DNA of 63,235 bases, counting the filler, from Reticulomyxa filosa (lineage: Eukaryota > Protista > Foraminifera): assembly GCA_000512085.1 (NCBI GenBank). It is 27 parts of 27 records of this genome, joined end to end, with 100 filler letters (N's around TTAATTAATTAA, not from the genome) between each part and the next. Parts side by side here need not be neighbours in the genome. Positions count along the whole stretch, not along the records: positions 50,865 to 53,319 come from ASPP01019740.1; positions 53,420 to 55,323 come from ASPP01023816.1; positions 55,424 to 61,201 come from ASPP01020362.1; positions 61,302 to 63,235 come from ASPP01008148.1; 23 more parts are not named here. One strand, written 5' to 3'. A program made the translations under genes and the position numbers. Of the stretch, positions 51,748 to 63,235 are shown piece after piece. Position 1 is the stretch's first letter, and the number at the start of each line of letters is the position of its first letter. The notes beneath the pieces are model-generated. The model ran no database searches. It worked only from the letters and a program-made list of their open reading frames with translations, and was not told where the DNA came from.

Positions 51748-54700
51748 TCCTTGTGTTGTTTGCTTTTATTTCTCTCCATTCCAATTTCTCGTACCATTTT
51801 TTAAAATGTTATTTTGCCGAATATCGTCTTAAAACGGCTCATCATATTTTTCTATCCTTCTATTATTTCATTAGCAATTCAACTTTTTTTCAGTTGAAAT
51901 AATTTAATTATACTCTTTGTTGACATTTCCCTTCATTTTTTGCCTGTCACTCTCAAGTTTATGAAAAAAGTTGCTTTTCATCGTGAGGGAAAGCTTGTGA
52001 TTGTGTTTGTAAGGAAAGGATAGGAAGTAGCTTAATTTTTGCAATGAAAAGGAAATAAGTAGTTACAAAAAGATTTATTTATCAACAAAATATTTTTTTT
52101 CATTTTTTGAAATTATTAGAAAAATTAAACAATATTTGTATGGTTTTCTACAATTTTATTAAAAACCAAATACAAATACATGTTTGAACTTTCCACGACG
52201 AGTAGATATTATTTAAAAAAAGAATTTTGAATAAATGTTGATTTTTCATGAATAAAATGCATGAATGCCATAGTGGTTCATTTTAGAGATCTTTTTAGCT
52301 GTTGACTGTAGCATTTCATTAAAAAGACCATTTGCTTCTTTTCATATTTGCAAAGATTAAAAAACTATTTTTAATTCCGTGACGATCAAGTGAACCAGTT
52401 GTGACAACTGGCCAAAGGGACCCGATATTTTAGATAAACTTTACAATATCAGTTAGATTGAATCCTTTTTTATAGCTAATGGACAAAAGTTTATAAAAAT
52501 AACAATGAATTAGATAAAAAATATTTAAGATTTGCCAGGTTTACTTCCAAAGAATTTTTCCTAATAGTGCTAACCTACGCGAAAAAGTTTTTTCTTTGGA
52601 CGATAGTGTTACTTTATTTCATGGCAATTCTTTTTATTAAGTCTTTTAGGTTGATAATTTGCCAACCTTGAAATGAATGCGTCTTTCTTATGCACGCCAA
52701 AGGCAGCACTTCGAACTTTTCGAAAGAGACAATCACAATGTACTTTAGTTATTTGATTGCTCAAATAATTTTGGTATTTAATTTTTTTATTTTTCATGTT
52801 TTTACTTTTCGTAATTTTAAAGTTTACTTGCTGGCATGTTAAAAAGTGATAAGGTAGGCGGTTGGATAAGTTGTGCTGTCAAAAGTACAGCTATCCTTTT
52901 GTTAACTCTTAAAACTGTTAAAAAAAATTTGATATTACATTCTCAGCAATGGAAGTTGCATAAGTATTAAGTTACAAGCTTTCGTAGGCTAGATGTAGTC
53001 TCTATTCAGTTTTCCCTATTTAGATTTCATCAACAATGTATTTGTATTCATTATTGTACAGTCAACTTTTTGTCTTTTAAGCTTTAAGCTATTTCTTCAT
53101 TTGCAGAGTTCACGATAAATAATACAACTTTATCGTCGTTTATGAAGGAAAAGTATTCATTAACTGTTGTTATACTCTGATCAGGTCACATTTCGAGTGT
53201 CATTTCATTATTCGAATACTTGTATTCATTATTTTATAGTCAACTTTTTACCTCACATTTTTTTAAGATTTAAGCTATTTCTTTGTTTGCGAAATAATCG
53301 TCGTTGTAAAAAAATTAAANNNNNNNNNNNNNNNNNNNNNNNNNNNNNNNNNNNNNNNNNNNNTTAATTAATTAANNNNNNNNNNNNNNNNNNNNNNNNN
53401 NNNNNNNNNNNNNNNNNNNCAAGAAGAAATAATCACTACTCCAAAAAAGGAATTTTCTGACAAGGCTGTAGTTTGTTTGTCCTTGAAAGAAAGACATTAC
53501 ACATATTGACTGGAAGTATATCATTGTTTTTATAATTGTTTTCAATGATTATTCCTAGAAGTTTCCAAATATTTTATCAACAAAAATCAAAAATGTCGCT
53601 TGGTGTCGATTATTGTTTTTTTTTCTTGAGTGGCAATTGTCATACTTTGTATTTATAATGGGTGTGACTAGAAAAAAAATATATCGTCTTTGAAAATGTA
53701 GTAGCCACGTAGGAAAATGATTGTTTGTCTTTGTTTACTACTTGGCACTACACAAACAAGTTTTGCAAAAAAAAAAACAGTAGGATGGACTGGTCATGAA
53801 GTTTAATGGTTTGATTGCGCCTTTTAAGTAAGTCTGTCTTCAAGTAGTTTTTTGATAGATATGACCCCTTTTAGCGTCCCAACTTTAACCAAAAAATGTT
53901 TCAGTGCATCAATTATATTCATAATTGTAAACAAAATTATTTCATGATACTTGCTTCAATTTTTTTGTCAGTTTGTCCAAAAAAATAAAAATTATGTTGA
54001 ATAGAAGAATCAGCAAAAAGGATCCAGTCCAAATTTTGTTATATCTATGATACTGTTTTTTACGCAATGTTGCATTGTGTTTTTTTTGTCATCTTACATA
54101 ATGGTTCCAATTTTGAAACCCAGAAATCTCATTGTTGTTTTTCATTTGTGACAGTTTCAAAATGGAACTTTTTCCCTTTTTTATTGGATGACTTATGTAT
54201 TGACATGAAAATAAAAAATAAATGGTGATAAGACCACAATAATCAGTCATCATATCAAATTTCGCATCAAGTATTTTTTTAAAAGTAAATAATCTTTGAT
54301 ATTTAAGCATCTTTAATTTTGTGGGTCATTTTATTGAAATTTGGATCATTTTTTAGTTTTTTTGAAAATGACCCAGCTTTGTTATTAAAAACTATTTTTT
54401 AAAAAAATTTAGATTAATAATGTGATCTATTTGCTGTATTTTGATTTGTTTTTTGAAATAAAGATTATATCAAATTATCAATCAAAACAATGGGTTACAA
54501 GGGGGAGCTTAATTCCAGTTTTTTTATTTTCGAAGATGTAATGTTTATCTTTTAAGGACAAACCACAAGCCTCTCATACCTGTTTGCTCTTGTTAAGGAA
54601 TAGCGAGGATGTTTTTTGTAGCTACAAGTGAAAGTTTGAGTTTTTGTCGTTAATAGTAACTTCTTTTTAGTTGACATTAAAAGTTGAGAAGATTGAATAC

Positions 54701-55423
54701 AATACAATCAGGACTATCACATCTTTTGTTTTGGAGAATCTTTGAGTACATTTAATGTATTTTATCATCCCCAAACAACTATTTTAAATTATTTCTTTGA
54801 ACTGTTTTTATTGCTCACTTTAAAAAAAAACAATATTCAAACGATTTGGAGAAGAGTTATTATTATCAGTGCTTTCAGTTGGAAAAGGGTACTGTCCTCT
54901 GTGATAATAGCATAAGTTTGTGAAATGTCTGATACGAATTTCATATATAAACGAGCAAATAAATTTTGCAAGACATTGGCACAAAGAAATACATACATTG
55001 GCAACTTGTTTTTGACATTTTCTAAAAGCAAATCATTTGCTTCGACATTAATTATACCTTTTAATATCAAAAGTTATATATTGAATGACATTAATTTCAT
55101 ATTCAAAATAACAGCAAGTATTTCACATAATATAGAAATGCGTTTGTTTTTGAATTCGCTTTCTTGTTCGTAGAAAGTACATTGTTATTGGAAAAACAAC
55201 AATGGATCACAAATAAGCAGAATAAAAAAAGGGAACTATGCTTATCATTGCCGTTCCATTTTAATTACTTTTTTTTCAAACTGAATGACAAAAATAGACA
55301 ATATCATAATCACATAAGATGTGNNNNNNNNNNNNNNNNNNNNNNNNNNNNNNNNNNNNNNNNNNNNTTAATTAATTAANNNNNNNNNNNNNNNNNNNNN
55401 NNNNNNNNNNNNNNNNNNNNNNN

Positions 55424-55464
<41 letters not shown>

Positions 55465-55519
55465 TCTTATCCATTTTCTCAACTAGACGTAAACCAGGAC
55501 TCAATTTCTTGCATTTGCT

Positions 55520-56130
55520 TACTTTTTGCATAATTAAGTTGTTGCGAAGAATAGTACTCTCTTTGCTCGTCTTCGGTCAGCCATGGCTTGTCAAAGTTTG
55601 TGCAGGCCAATGCTTTTGCAGTTCACGAGGAGGTACGATCAATACGCCAAAGGATGTTGTAAACAATAGAGTTGGGATGGCTCCGGTTAGTGCATTTTCA
55701 ATTGAGTCGTCGCAAATCAGTTGCATTTGATATATAGAGCCATCACGTTCAATTTGCTGTTTGAATAGAGGGTCTCCATTCTATACACATCCAAAGACAT
55801 ATACATTCCATCATCCCCCTCCCCCCTCCTCTTCCCTCTTTAAAACGCTTTTCTGCTCTTTTGTACACATAAAAACTCCTATTGATGTTTTGTGTTTCTC
55901 CTTGCCCAATAATTCCACTTTGTGTTTGTGGCAATACAAACACGTAACTGCACTCCAACATCCAATGTGTCCGTTTTTGAATGCAATTAACAATATTGCT
56001 CTTTTGTCAACCATTATCCATTGCAGACCTACGATGCTGTCTCGCAATTTTATTTTTGCCTTCTTGTCACCTTTAATGACGACGGTAGACAAACCAGAGT
56101 AGAGTTGCACATATGCCAATTGAGTCAAAT
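55520..56130 (-). pseudogene. Fragment of a possible beta-propeller protein
   Basis: Beta-strand-like SIVGLQW..AILLIAFKNGHIGCWS. The downstream exon contains a stop. Confidence 0.3.
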
Positions 56131-56626
56131 CATGATTTAACGCCTTTTTTTTGTTTTTGTTTTTTAGTCATCCGTTTTTTGCCAGGAACAAATAAATAAA
56201 TAACACATGAAATATTGTATCGGAAGGTATTTGATAAGGTAAATGCTCAAATCTGACTGTTGAGTGCATGTACCGAGCCTCACAAAGTAATAAATTGATT
56301 TGTGACAGAGGGGCGCTTTGAAAAAAAAGTGTGCAACAGTTTCTTGTCGCGGAAAACTTTCAAGAAAAAAGCACTGTTCCTTCCAGAGTGAAAGTACAAA
56401 AAAAGAATACATTTCATCGAGAATATTTTACAGAAAAACAAGCATTTTCTCCAGTATCATTGACATTAATTAGGAAAAACGGTTACATTGATTTATTCAT
56501 AACAAGCCGTGAAAATGTTAGCCGTATATTAAGAAAAATTCAAAATATCTTTGCATAATTGTTGTATCAAATCCAATTTTTTTTAAAACTCGTTTGTTTG
56601 CACTCATAAAGTTATTTAAATTGTTT

Positions 56627-57810
56627 TCAATTACCTTCAACTGACAAGTCTAGATTTTGTTGAATCTTGCCACAATTGTAGATTTGGGTCTCAAGAAAAT
56701 TTTCTATTTTATTAGGCTTGGATATATTATCGTTTTCGTCAAAGTAAGAGTCCCTTTTAACTTTTTGAGACGGAAACAGAAGAGGTTCCGGTGATGATCT
56801 GAAAAACAAACAATCATTTTGAAGGACGACAATATTTTAATGTAAAACTAGCTTTTTTTCCAAACTGAAAAGTTGGATTCGGAAACGTAGCATACGATGT
56901 TTGAGCTGCAAAATTATTGTCAAATACAAACTGTTCATTCATTTGGTTTTTTGTAGATGTCAAAATGTCACTCATAGTATCTAATCGTGCACGTAATCTG
57001 CAAATTAGTGCATTTTGCTGTGCAGATATCTCATCACCAACATAGAAAGATGCTGAATTATTGTGGTTAAATATTTTGTGCTTACGGGATATGTCCTGGT
57101 TGGACCCCGAAGAGGTTTTTTCTGAAAACAGTGCATTTTGTTTTGGACTCAAGCTTTTGTGATCATTGTCACATTCATGCTCATTTAAATCTCTACTATC
57201 CTTTTCATAGTGTGAAGTGTTGTAATTATTTAAGCAGTTATCAATTTCAACGACGGAAATTTCTTTCTTTGGAGTTGTGCTACCAGTAGATCTGCTTATT
57301 CATCACATAAAAACTTTTTCAGCAAATTAAAAATGCTTAGCAGTTAAAATAAAATACAAAATTTTAACTTTGATTTTAAAAACGAATGACTTGGGCCCGA
57401 GTAAGTTGTTTGTGTAGAGCGGCAAATTCTTTTTCTTGCCTGGCTATTTTGATTTTTTATTAATGATTCATATTTACTTCGATACCACAGTAATGTTGTT
57501 TCTAGTTGTTCCAATTTTTCCCCAGCATATAGAACGATTTTCTTCAGTTCATTTTGCAAAAATTTTACTTTTTGTTGATAACCTCCCTATAGATATGTTT
57601 CTTCTTCTTTGACCCAAGTAAAAAACAAAACAATCAATGGGAATAAACTTTGATCTCGTCGTTTTCTGATCGAAGTAATTGATATTTTTCAAGCAATCTT
57701 CCGTATTTTTTTTGCCAATCATTGCGGATATTATTGTTATCAAAAGTTTTTGGTGGATTTTGACACCGCTTTTTTGGAGCGGTTGTTTTGCTTTTTGATT
57801 TCATTTTACC
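56627..57810 (-). CDS. Multi-exon hypothetical coiled-coil protein (possibly a pseudogene)
   Basis: Successive minus-strand protein-like frames (WQKKYGRLLEKYQLLRSENDEIK; LQNELKK..LEQLETTLLWYRSKYESL; LRARLDTMSDIL) separated by short AT-rich introns. Confidence 0.5.
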
Positions 57811-60542
57811 CAATCGAAAAAAGCGGTAATAAATTAATGTAAAGTAATTCTGACGTGAATTGGTCATAACCAAACAATTCTTCATAAAAAAAAGATTTTG
57901 TTTTTCGTTGCTTAAGGCGCCTGCCTTAAGTTAACATTGTGTCAGTTCGCCTTCACTGGTCAATGGATTGATTCCATTCGGTGTGTGCAAAGTGCAAAAA
58001 CTGAACATTGCACTTGAATTGAGATTTGTTATATAATTGTAATGTAACTTTATATTTGAATGGTTTTGTGTTTTTAATGGTCATATTTGTGTTCTCTACA
58101 ATTGACTAAACTACTTTAAAAAAAACAAAAGGGATTAGAAATATTCCATCATTACATTTGGGCTCACATTAGTCTTTTTTTCAAACAAGAATTTTATGTC
58201 GTTAAAGTTGTTTTTTGATATAATAGAACAGTCATAAATATTAGATTCTTTCATGTTTTTTTTAAAAAAAGAAAACATTTTCTAATTGATTCTAAATTAT
58301 ATAATCAACATCAGATTGATAGTCGTCACGTGTTCTGAATTATACAATCAAAAATTTTATAAACTTTAATTTATACAAAAAAAAAAATGAAAAAAACGAA
58401 ACTTTCAAAACGTATAACAATTCCAAATTTCTTTTCTATCAACCAGGAAACAAATAAATTTTCACATTCTTTAATGTCTAGGAAAGCATAACTTCAAATA
58501 GTGTCTTTGCTGATATCAATATCACCATTTGTCGATGCTCGTGAGCTGTTATAACAAAAAAAACTTATGTCAAATTTATAATCATACGTACAAAGAAAAA
58601 AAATGCGAAATAGCGTTGTGAAACAAAACTTTTCAAAATAATGCGAATTATCAATTTCATACATAATTACAATTGCTTTCCATCACTGCCTGTATCAAAG
58701 TAAAATAATAATTTAATCACCTTTTCTTTATTCATGCTGGAACGTGTTTGTATCAGTTCTTCACTAATTTTCAATACAAAGTGATCACTTTTACTTTGTT
58801 TCCCTTTTATGTGCCCTTTGTGCTTGTTTGAGACCTTCATCAATCTGAAAAATAGGCAAAAGCATTTCGTCAATATAATACTTTTTTTCCACAAGCCGAA
58901 ATTGTTCCATATAGAAGCACTAAAAATGTTTTGTTAAAACATTCTTTTTTATTAAAAACAATTTTTGCATTCATGTAAGTATTTTTTAAAAAAAGTGTAA
59001 AATGCGATTTGGATTAACATACTTTAGCAAACAGCACGCGCTTGTACATTGAAACAGAAAGTGACTAATAAATTAAGTTGGCAATATATCAAAGTTTGAT
59101 ACATATACATTATCAAAAAAGAATATTCATGCGCTTGCTTACGGTCCACTGCTATTGCCAAGTGATCGAAAAAATGAATAGAAATCCTACAAACAGCATT
59201 TTCCATAATATACTATAAACACTAAAGACAGTGAAATTGATTATGACTATCACGAGCCTAAGTACAATTCTGAGACTGATATCGATGTTGATTATCTGCA
59301 AAATGAAAAGCGAAAAGAAAGATTAAATCAACGACTGATATTAGTACATACGGAGCCTTCGTCAGTAACAATTCTATTTATATACTATTGAATGTGGCTC
59401 TTGGTAAGAAAATTCAAAAACTGAACAAACCGAATGTCGACAACCTATCCATTGAACATTTTGTTCATAATGTCTAATCAGTCACATGCAATCTCGTATT
59501 TATCGCTTTACACAAACTCCATACAATCAAGGAAAAGCACAAAGACAAAAAAGGTAAAATTGATATTTATTTAATGTATTTTTTTAAAAGTATACTAGCT
59601 GTTACAATGGATGGCACTTATCTTGATAATTCTGTTATCATCAAAATATCTATTAATTGATCATTGTTTGTGCCCTTTTATATTTGTATATGTATGTTAG
59701 AAACAACTGTAAAAAAAAAATACTTTGTCTGTGTTTAGGTTCAAATGTTCGATTCAAAAGGTAAACGAATTTTGTTTTGCACGTCAAGTGAGAAGTTTGG
59801 ACAAGAAAAATTTTGTACGATGAAACTGATTTAGGGTTATATCAATAAATGTCAAAAGTGTTTTATTTTAAGGAGGTGAAGTAATATATATTAATTTTTT
59901 TTAATACATTGAAGGGATGTTTGTGTTTTTTGTATTTCCATTATATAATTTTTTTCTCACAATGTTAAGTTGAATGTCTTTTCAAAAACACAAAGGAGTG
60001 GTATCATGAAAAAACTATCTTGTTGCAAATTGCATGACGTTTAGATATTACAAAAATATTGTAAGTTGGTTTTCTTTGTGCAATAAAATTTTGCCGATTA
60101 ATTGTTGATTTTAATCTTTATAGATTCTTTGGTGTGGCTGAGCCTTTATTTCATTTAACTCTAGGACAAATATTTATGTTGAACATCAAAACTTCTGTAT
60201 TTTAACCAAAACAATATCTGCACTTCAGAATAGACAACTGTCGGTTTTTACAAGCAGTGATGTTCTGCTGTTCAATAATATTGAAACTTTAAAGGTGCTT
60301 TTAATTGAAATATTTACACTCACCCAAAGCTTCAACAGACAAGAACAACAGCATGCAAGAGCAATGTGCAATATAAAAAACAGACAAATCAAAAAATACA
60401 AAGAAAAGAAAAATTCTTGCAAATTTCAAACAATACATTGTCTCAAGATGCGTTGTTTTTTTTTGGGCAGGGACAATGCGGGGAATAAGGAAATTGAGTT
60501 ACAATCAATTCATTGTTAACAATGAATTAAGAGAAAGTTTAT

Positions 60543-61201
60543 TCATTCTTTGTTTGAAGCATTGACCAGAATTTTGCGTAAAACTTCCAACTCTGTCATG
60601 TTTGCTTGAGCAGAAAACTCATTCAATTTTTTCATTAATACTAACGGTTTCATATTCTCAAGTTTTTGATTTATCAGATTTTTTTGGTGCTGTACATCAC
60701 CCAATGGCATTTCAGCAAACACCCAAAACAAAGGAAGACTTTGCAAGTGCATTCAACGAGAAATGGAAAAACAAGAAAATTTGGGAGAAAGGATATATGA
60801 TATAATATATATATATATATGTATATGTACATATACATATAATAACTTCAGCTAGTCGTTCTTTTTTTTTTGTGCAATGACTTTTCCATCTCAACAATTT
60901 GTTCTCTCAATGAATTGGGATCGTCTTCCGAATCAATTCCAGCTTCCTTAGTTTCACTTTGGGTTAAAATATACCTATTACTGCCAGTGTTTGCTTTTGG
61001 TATTTGCGTTTTAATATTGGTGGCAGATTGTGCATCAGCACTGTCATTCGAAATAACGGCTGCAGATGTTTCCAGTTTAACAACAATATGTTGTTGTTGC
61101 TGTGGCTGTGGCTGTGGCTGTGGCTGTTGTTGTCTGGAGTTGTTGGAGTCATGAAGATTGAGAGTGAGAGTCAAGTTTGTACTAGAATCGGAGTTTGGAT
61201 T
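60543..61201 (-). CDS. Hypothetical protein C-terminus (Q/P-rich + coiled coil)
   Basis: ORFs 60848-61174 and 60543-60752 are separated by an (AT)n-containing intron. Confidence 0.55.
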
Positions 61202-61317
61202 NNNNNNNNNNNNNNNNNNNNNNNNNNNNNNNNNNNNNNNNNNNNTTAATTAATTAANNNNNNNNNNNNNNNNNNNNNNNNNNNNNNNNNNNNNNNNNNN
61301 NAAAAAAAAAAAGCAAT

Positions 61318-61930
61318 ATTCCCTGGAACCGGGACAGTAATAGGATCAGTGGTCGGTGGCATTTGTGGGAGCATAGGGGTGGGGAAGCTTGTGAACGATA
61401 AGTTTGAGGACTGGTGGCGAGGGTATAAAATAGTTCATGTGAGTGAAGACGACGCCCAAGACTTGGTGCACGTGTCGCTGCAATACTTTGGGTATTCGCC
61501 CGCCGATTTCAAAGATGTCGACATTGTGAACATTGATGGCGTCACACAGCGATACAAAGAGTATGCGCGTGTATATCATCCTGACAAAGGTGGAACCAAA
61601 GAGGAATGGGTTGGACTGGTCAATCACTTTGCCATCTTATCCAATGCCATTCGAAAAAGAGATAGAGTTTTTTTTGTTCTAAAAAAAAAAAAAAAAAAAA
61701 AAGGGGTTATACCACATACATAAAAAAAAAAAAAAAAAATTGAACTTTCAAACTTTATGCTGCTTGCTCAAAATAGATGCTCCCCAATAATCAGAAAGGG
61801 TCGGAGGAACATCGATAAAAAGGCAATTGGAAGAAACCCATGCCTTACATGCTCAAGAGAAAAGCGAGCTGGAAGAACGCATCTCTCAATTAGAAGCGCA
61901 AAACAGTATCCTCACTCAAAAAGCCAAAGT
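61318..61930 (+). CDS. Glycine-zipper + J-domain (HPD) + coiled-coil protein fragment
   Basis: FPGTGTVIGSVVGGICGSIGVG (GxxxG zipper); RYKEYARVYHPDKGGTKEEW (J-domain helices II-III); downstream coiled-coil exon 61827-61930. Confidence 0.75.
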
Positions 61931-62419
61931 TAATCTTTTCTTTTTTTTTTTTTGTATGTTATGTGTATATTATCTCTTGGTTTGTACAGAATTCTCAATT
62001 GGACGACTTTCAAGATATTGACTTGTAAATTTATATTGACACTTGTCCGTTTTCTTCTTTTTTTTTTTTTGCAAACCTCTTTTTTTTTTTGGAATGACTA
62101 AAGAGGTGTTGGTTTTTTTTCCTTTTATGTGTTCTATTCCTTATCAACCATTATTTGCTTTAGCCAATGGATTTTTTGAAATCAGCTACACCGTTAATAT
62201 TTTTCTTTTGATGATCTTACCTTGCAGTGCAAGTCTTTAACACTATTCCTTCACAATCTCGGCTGCAACTTAGCAGTGATTGCCCTAGTACCAATCGCCC
62301 TCTGCCCCTTGCAGACAAATCGAGACTTATTTAAAAAAAAAAAGGAAAGGGGTAACACCATGAACATAAATTTTGTTCCAGCTCGTCCAACAAATCAGTA
62401 AAATTAATTAAAAGAAGAA

Positions 62420-63221
62420 ATGCCACTTTTGATTGGGAAGAAAAGTCTTTCATATCATAAGGTATTTGATCTTTTATTTTGCTAAACCAAGCAAAAAAAA
62501 AAACCAATTGTGGTTGACACAAGGACCTAGTGAAAGATTTGACGAGCAAGACATCGAATCCTTGGCAAAATGAAGAGATTGAGAAGTTGGAAAAGGAGTT
62601 GATGTTAAGAAACGATTTGATAACAGAAAAGAGCGTGATTGTATTGCAAAACGAATGTGCAAGCATTTCCACACTCGTTGCAAAGCAGTATGATTCCATC
62701 GGCTCAGTGTTTGCCACCACATGCAACATTATATTTTTCGTGTTGAATCAGAGCACAAAAAAAATAATGTGCGTGCATTTAGGTTTGTTCTTTTTTTTTT
62801 TTTTTTAATTTAAAAAAAAATATGTATATATGTATATGTATACGTAATGAAAAGATGAGGGGGTAAAAAGTGACAAAAAATGCATGGAAACATTGCTGAC
62901 GAAGCATTTTTCGGCCAAAGAACGCGAAGGTGGAGAAATTGGAATGTACATAGTGGGTGGTTACATGGACGAGAAGAACACGTCGCAACAAGTGACACAA
63001 GAGATTCTGAAGCAATTGATAAACACGTCTCCAGAAAAATGCAATGTGACTTTGAAGTTGCTTTACACTGGAATATTAAATACTGAATACAAGCTGTCCA
63101 ATCACAAAACGCCACTCAAAATACCCATCCCAAAAATCCAAAACTGTGCCATGACTTTCGCCCTGTCAAACTCACTCCACTTTTTACCTTTTGCTTTTAA
63201 TCATATCACTGGCAATAACAG
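62420..63221 (+). CDS. NTAN1: Protein N-terminal asparagine amidohydrolase; exons 62420-62461, 62524-62782, 62855-~63221; 3' truncated
   Basis: Spliced translation: MPLLIGKK...VIVLQNECA...IGSVFATTCNII...CVHLDEG...MYIVGGYMDEKNTSQQVTQEIL...LNT. This matches recalled NTAN1 MPLL / GSDDATTC / HCDG / HLVGGFSD motifs; splice phases are consistent. Confidence 0.88.
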
Positions 63222-63235
63222 TTGTTTTTTTTTTT

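Noticed and set aside
53420-55323. AT-rich contig with short ORFs (similarly 21363-22568 and 8738-10113)
   Set aside because: No recognisable coding, RNA or repeat signal that I can support.
3595-61301. Regularly recurring TTAATTAATTAA as a CRISPR-like repeat or regulatory motif
   Set aside because: Always flanked by exactly 44 N on each side; it is an assembly linker with six-frame stops.

Overview
This window is not one locus. It is about 27 short, unlinked assembly contigs (roughly 1-6 kb) joined by an artificial 100-nt linker (44 N + TTAATTAATTAA + 44 N), so neighbourhood across linkers means nothing. Nearly all contigs are very AT-rich eukaryotic DNA with short GT-AG introns, long A/T homopolymers (often causing apparent frameshifts) and many decayed gene copies. 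Gene content and style suggest a rhizarian/foraminiferan such as Reticulomyxa (inference). One contig (13709-15165) is GC-rich bacterial DNA encoding a HAMP-PAS sensor kinase. Recognisable eukaryotic genes are a WD40 protein, NOSIP, nicotinamidase, NTAN1, a UBA-vWA protein, an FN3-SPRY-like protein, a glycine-zipper/J-domain protein and a secreted cupin-like protein. Decayed MAPK, trypsin, rhomboid and caspase-like copies are also present, with two copies of a degraded RNase H-bearing LINE and an unnamed interspersed repeat. The strongest candidate for an undescribed system is an expanded, immunity-like toolkit: three contigs of an NLR-like family (NACHT C-terminal helical region followed by variable 38-aa HEAT repeats), up to three contigs of RNF213/mysterin-like giant AAA+ proteins, and a caspase-type peptidase. 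All family assignments come from motif recognition by eye and from remembered reference sequences; no database searches were run.
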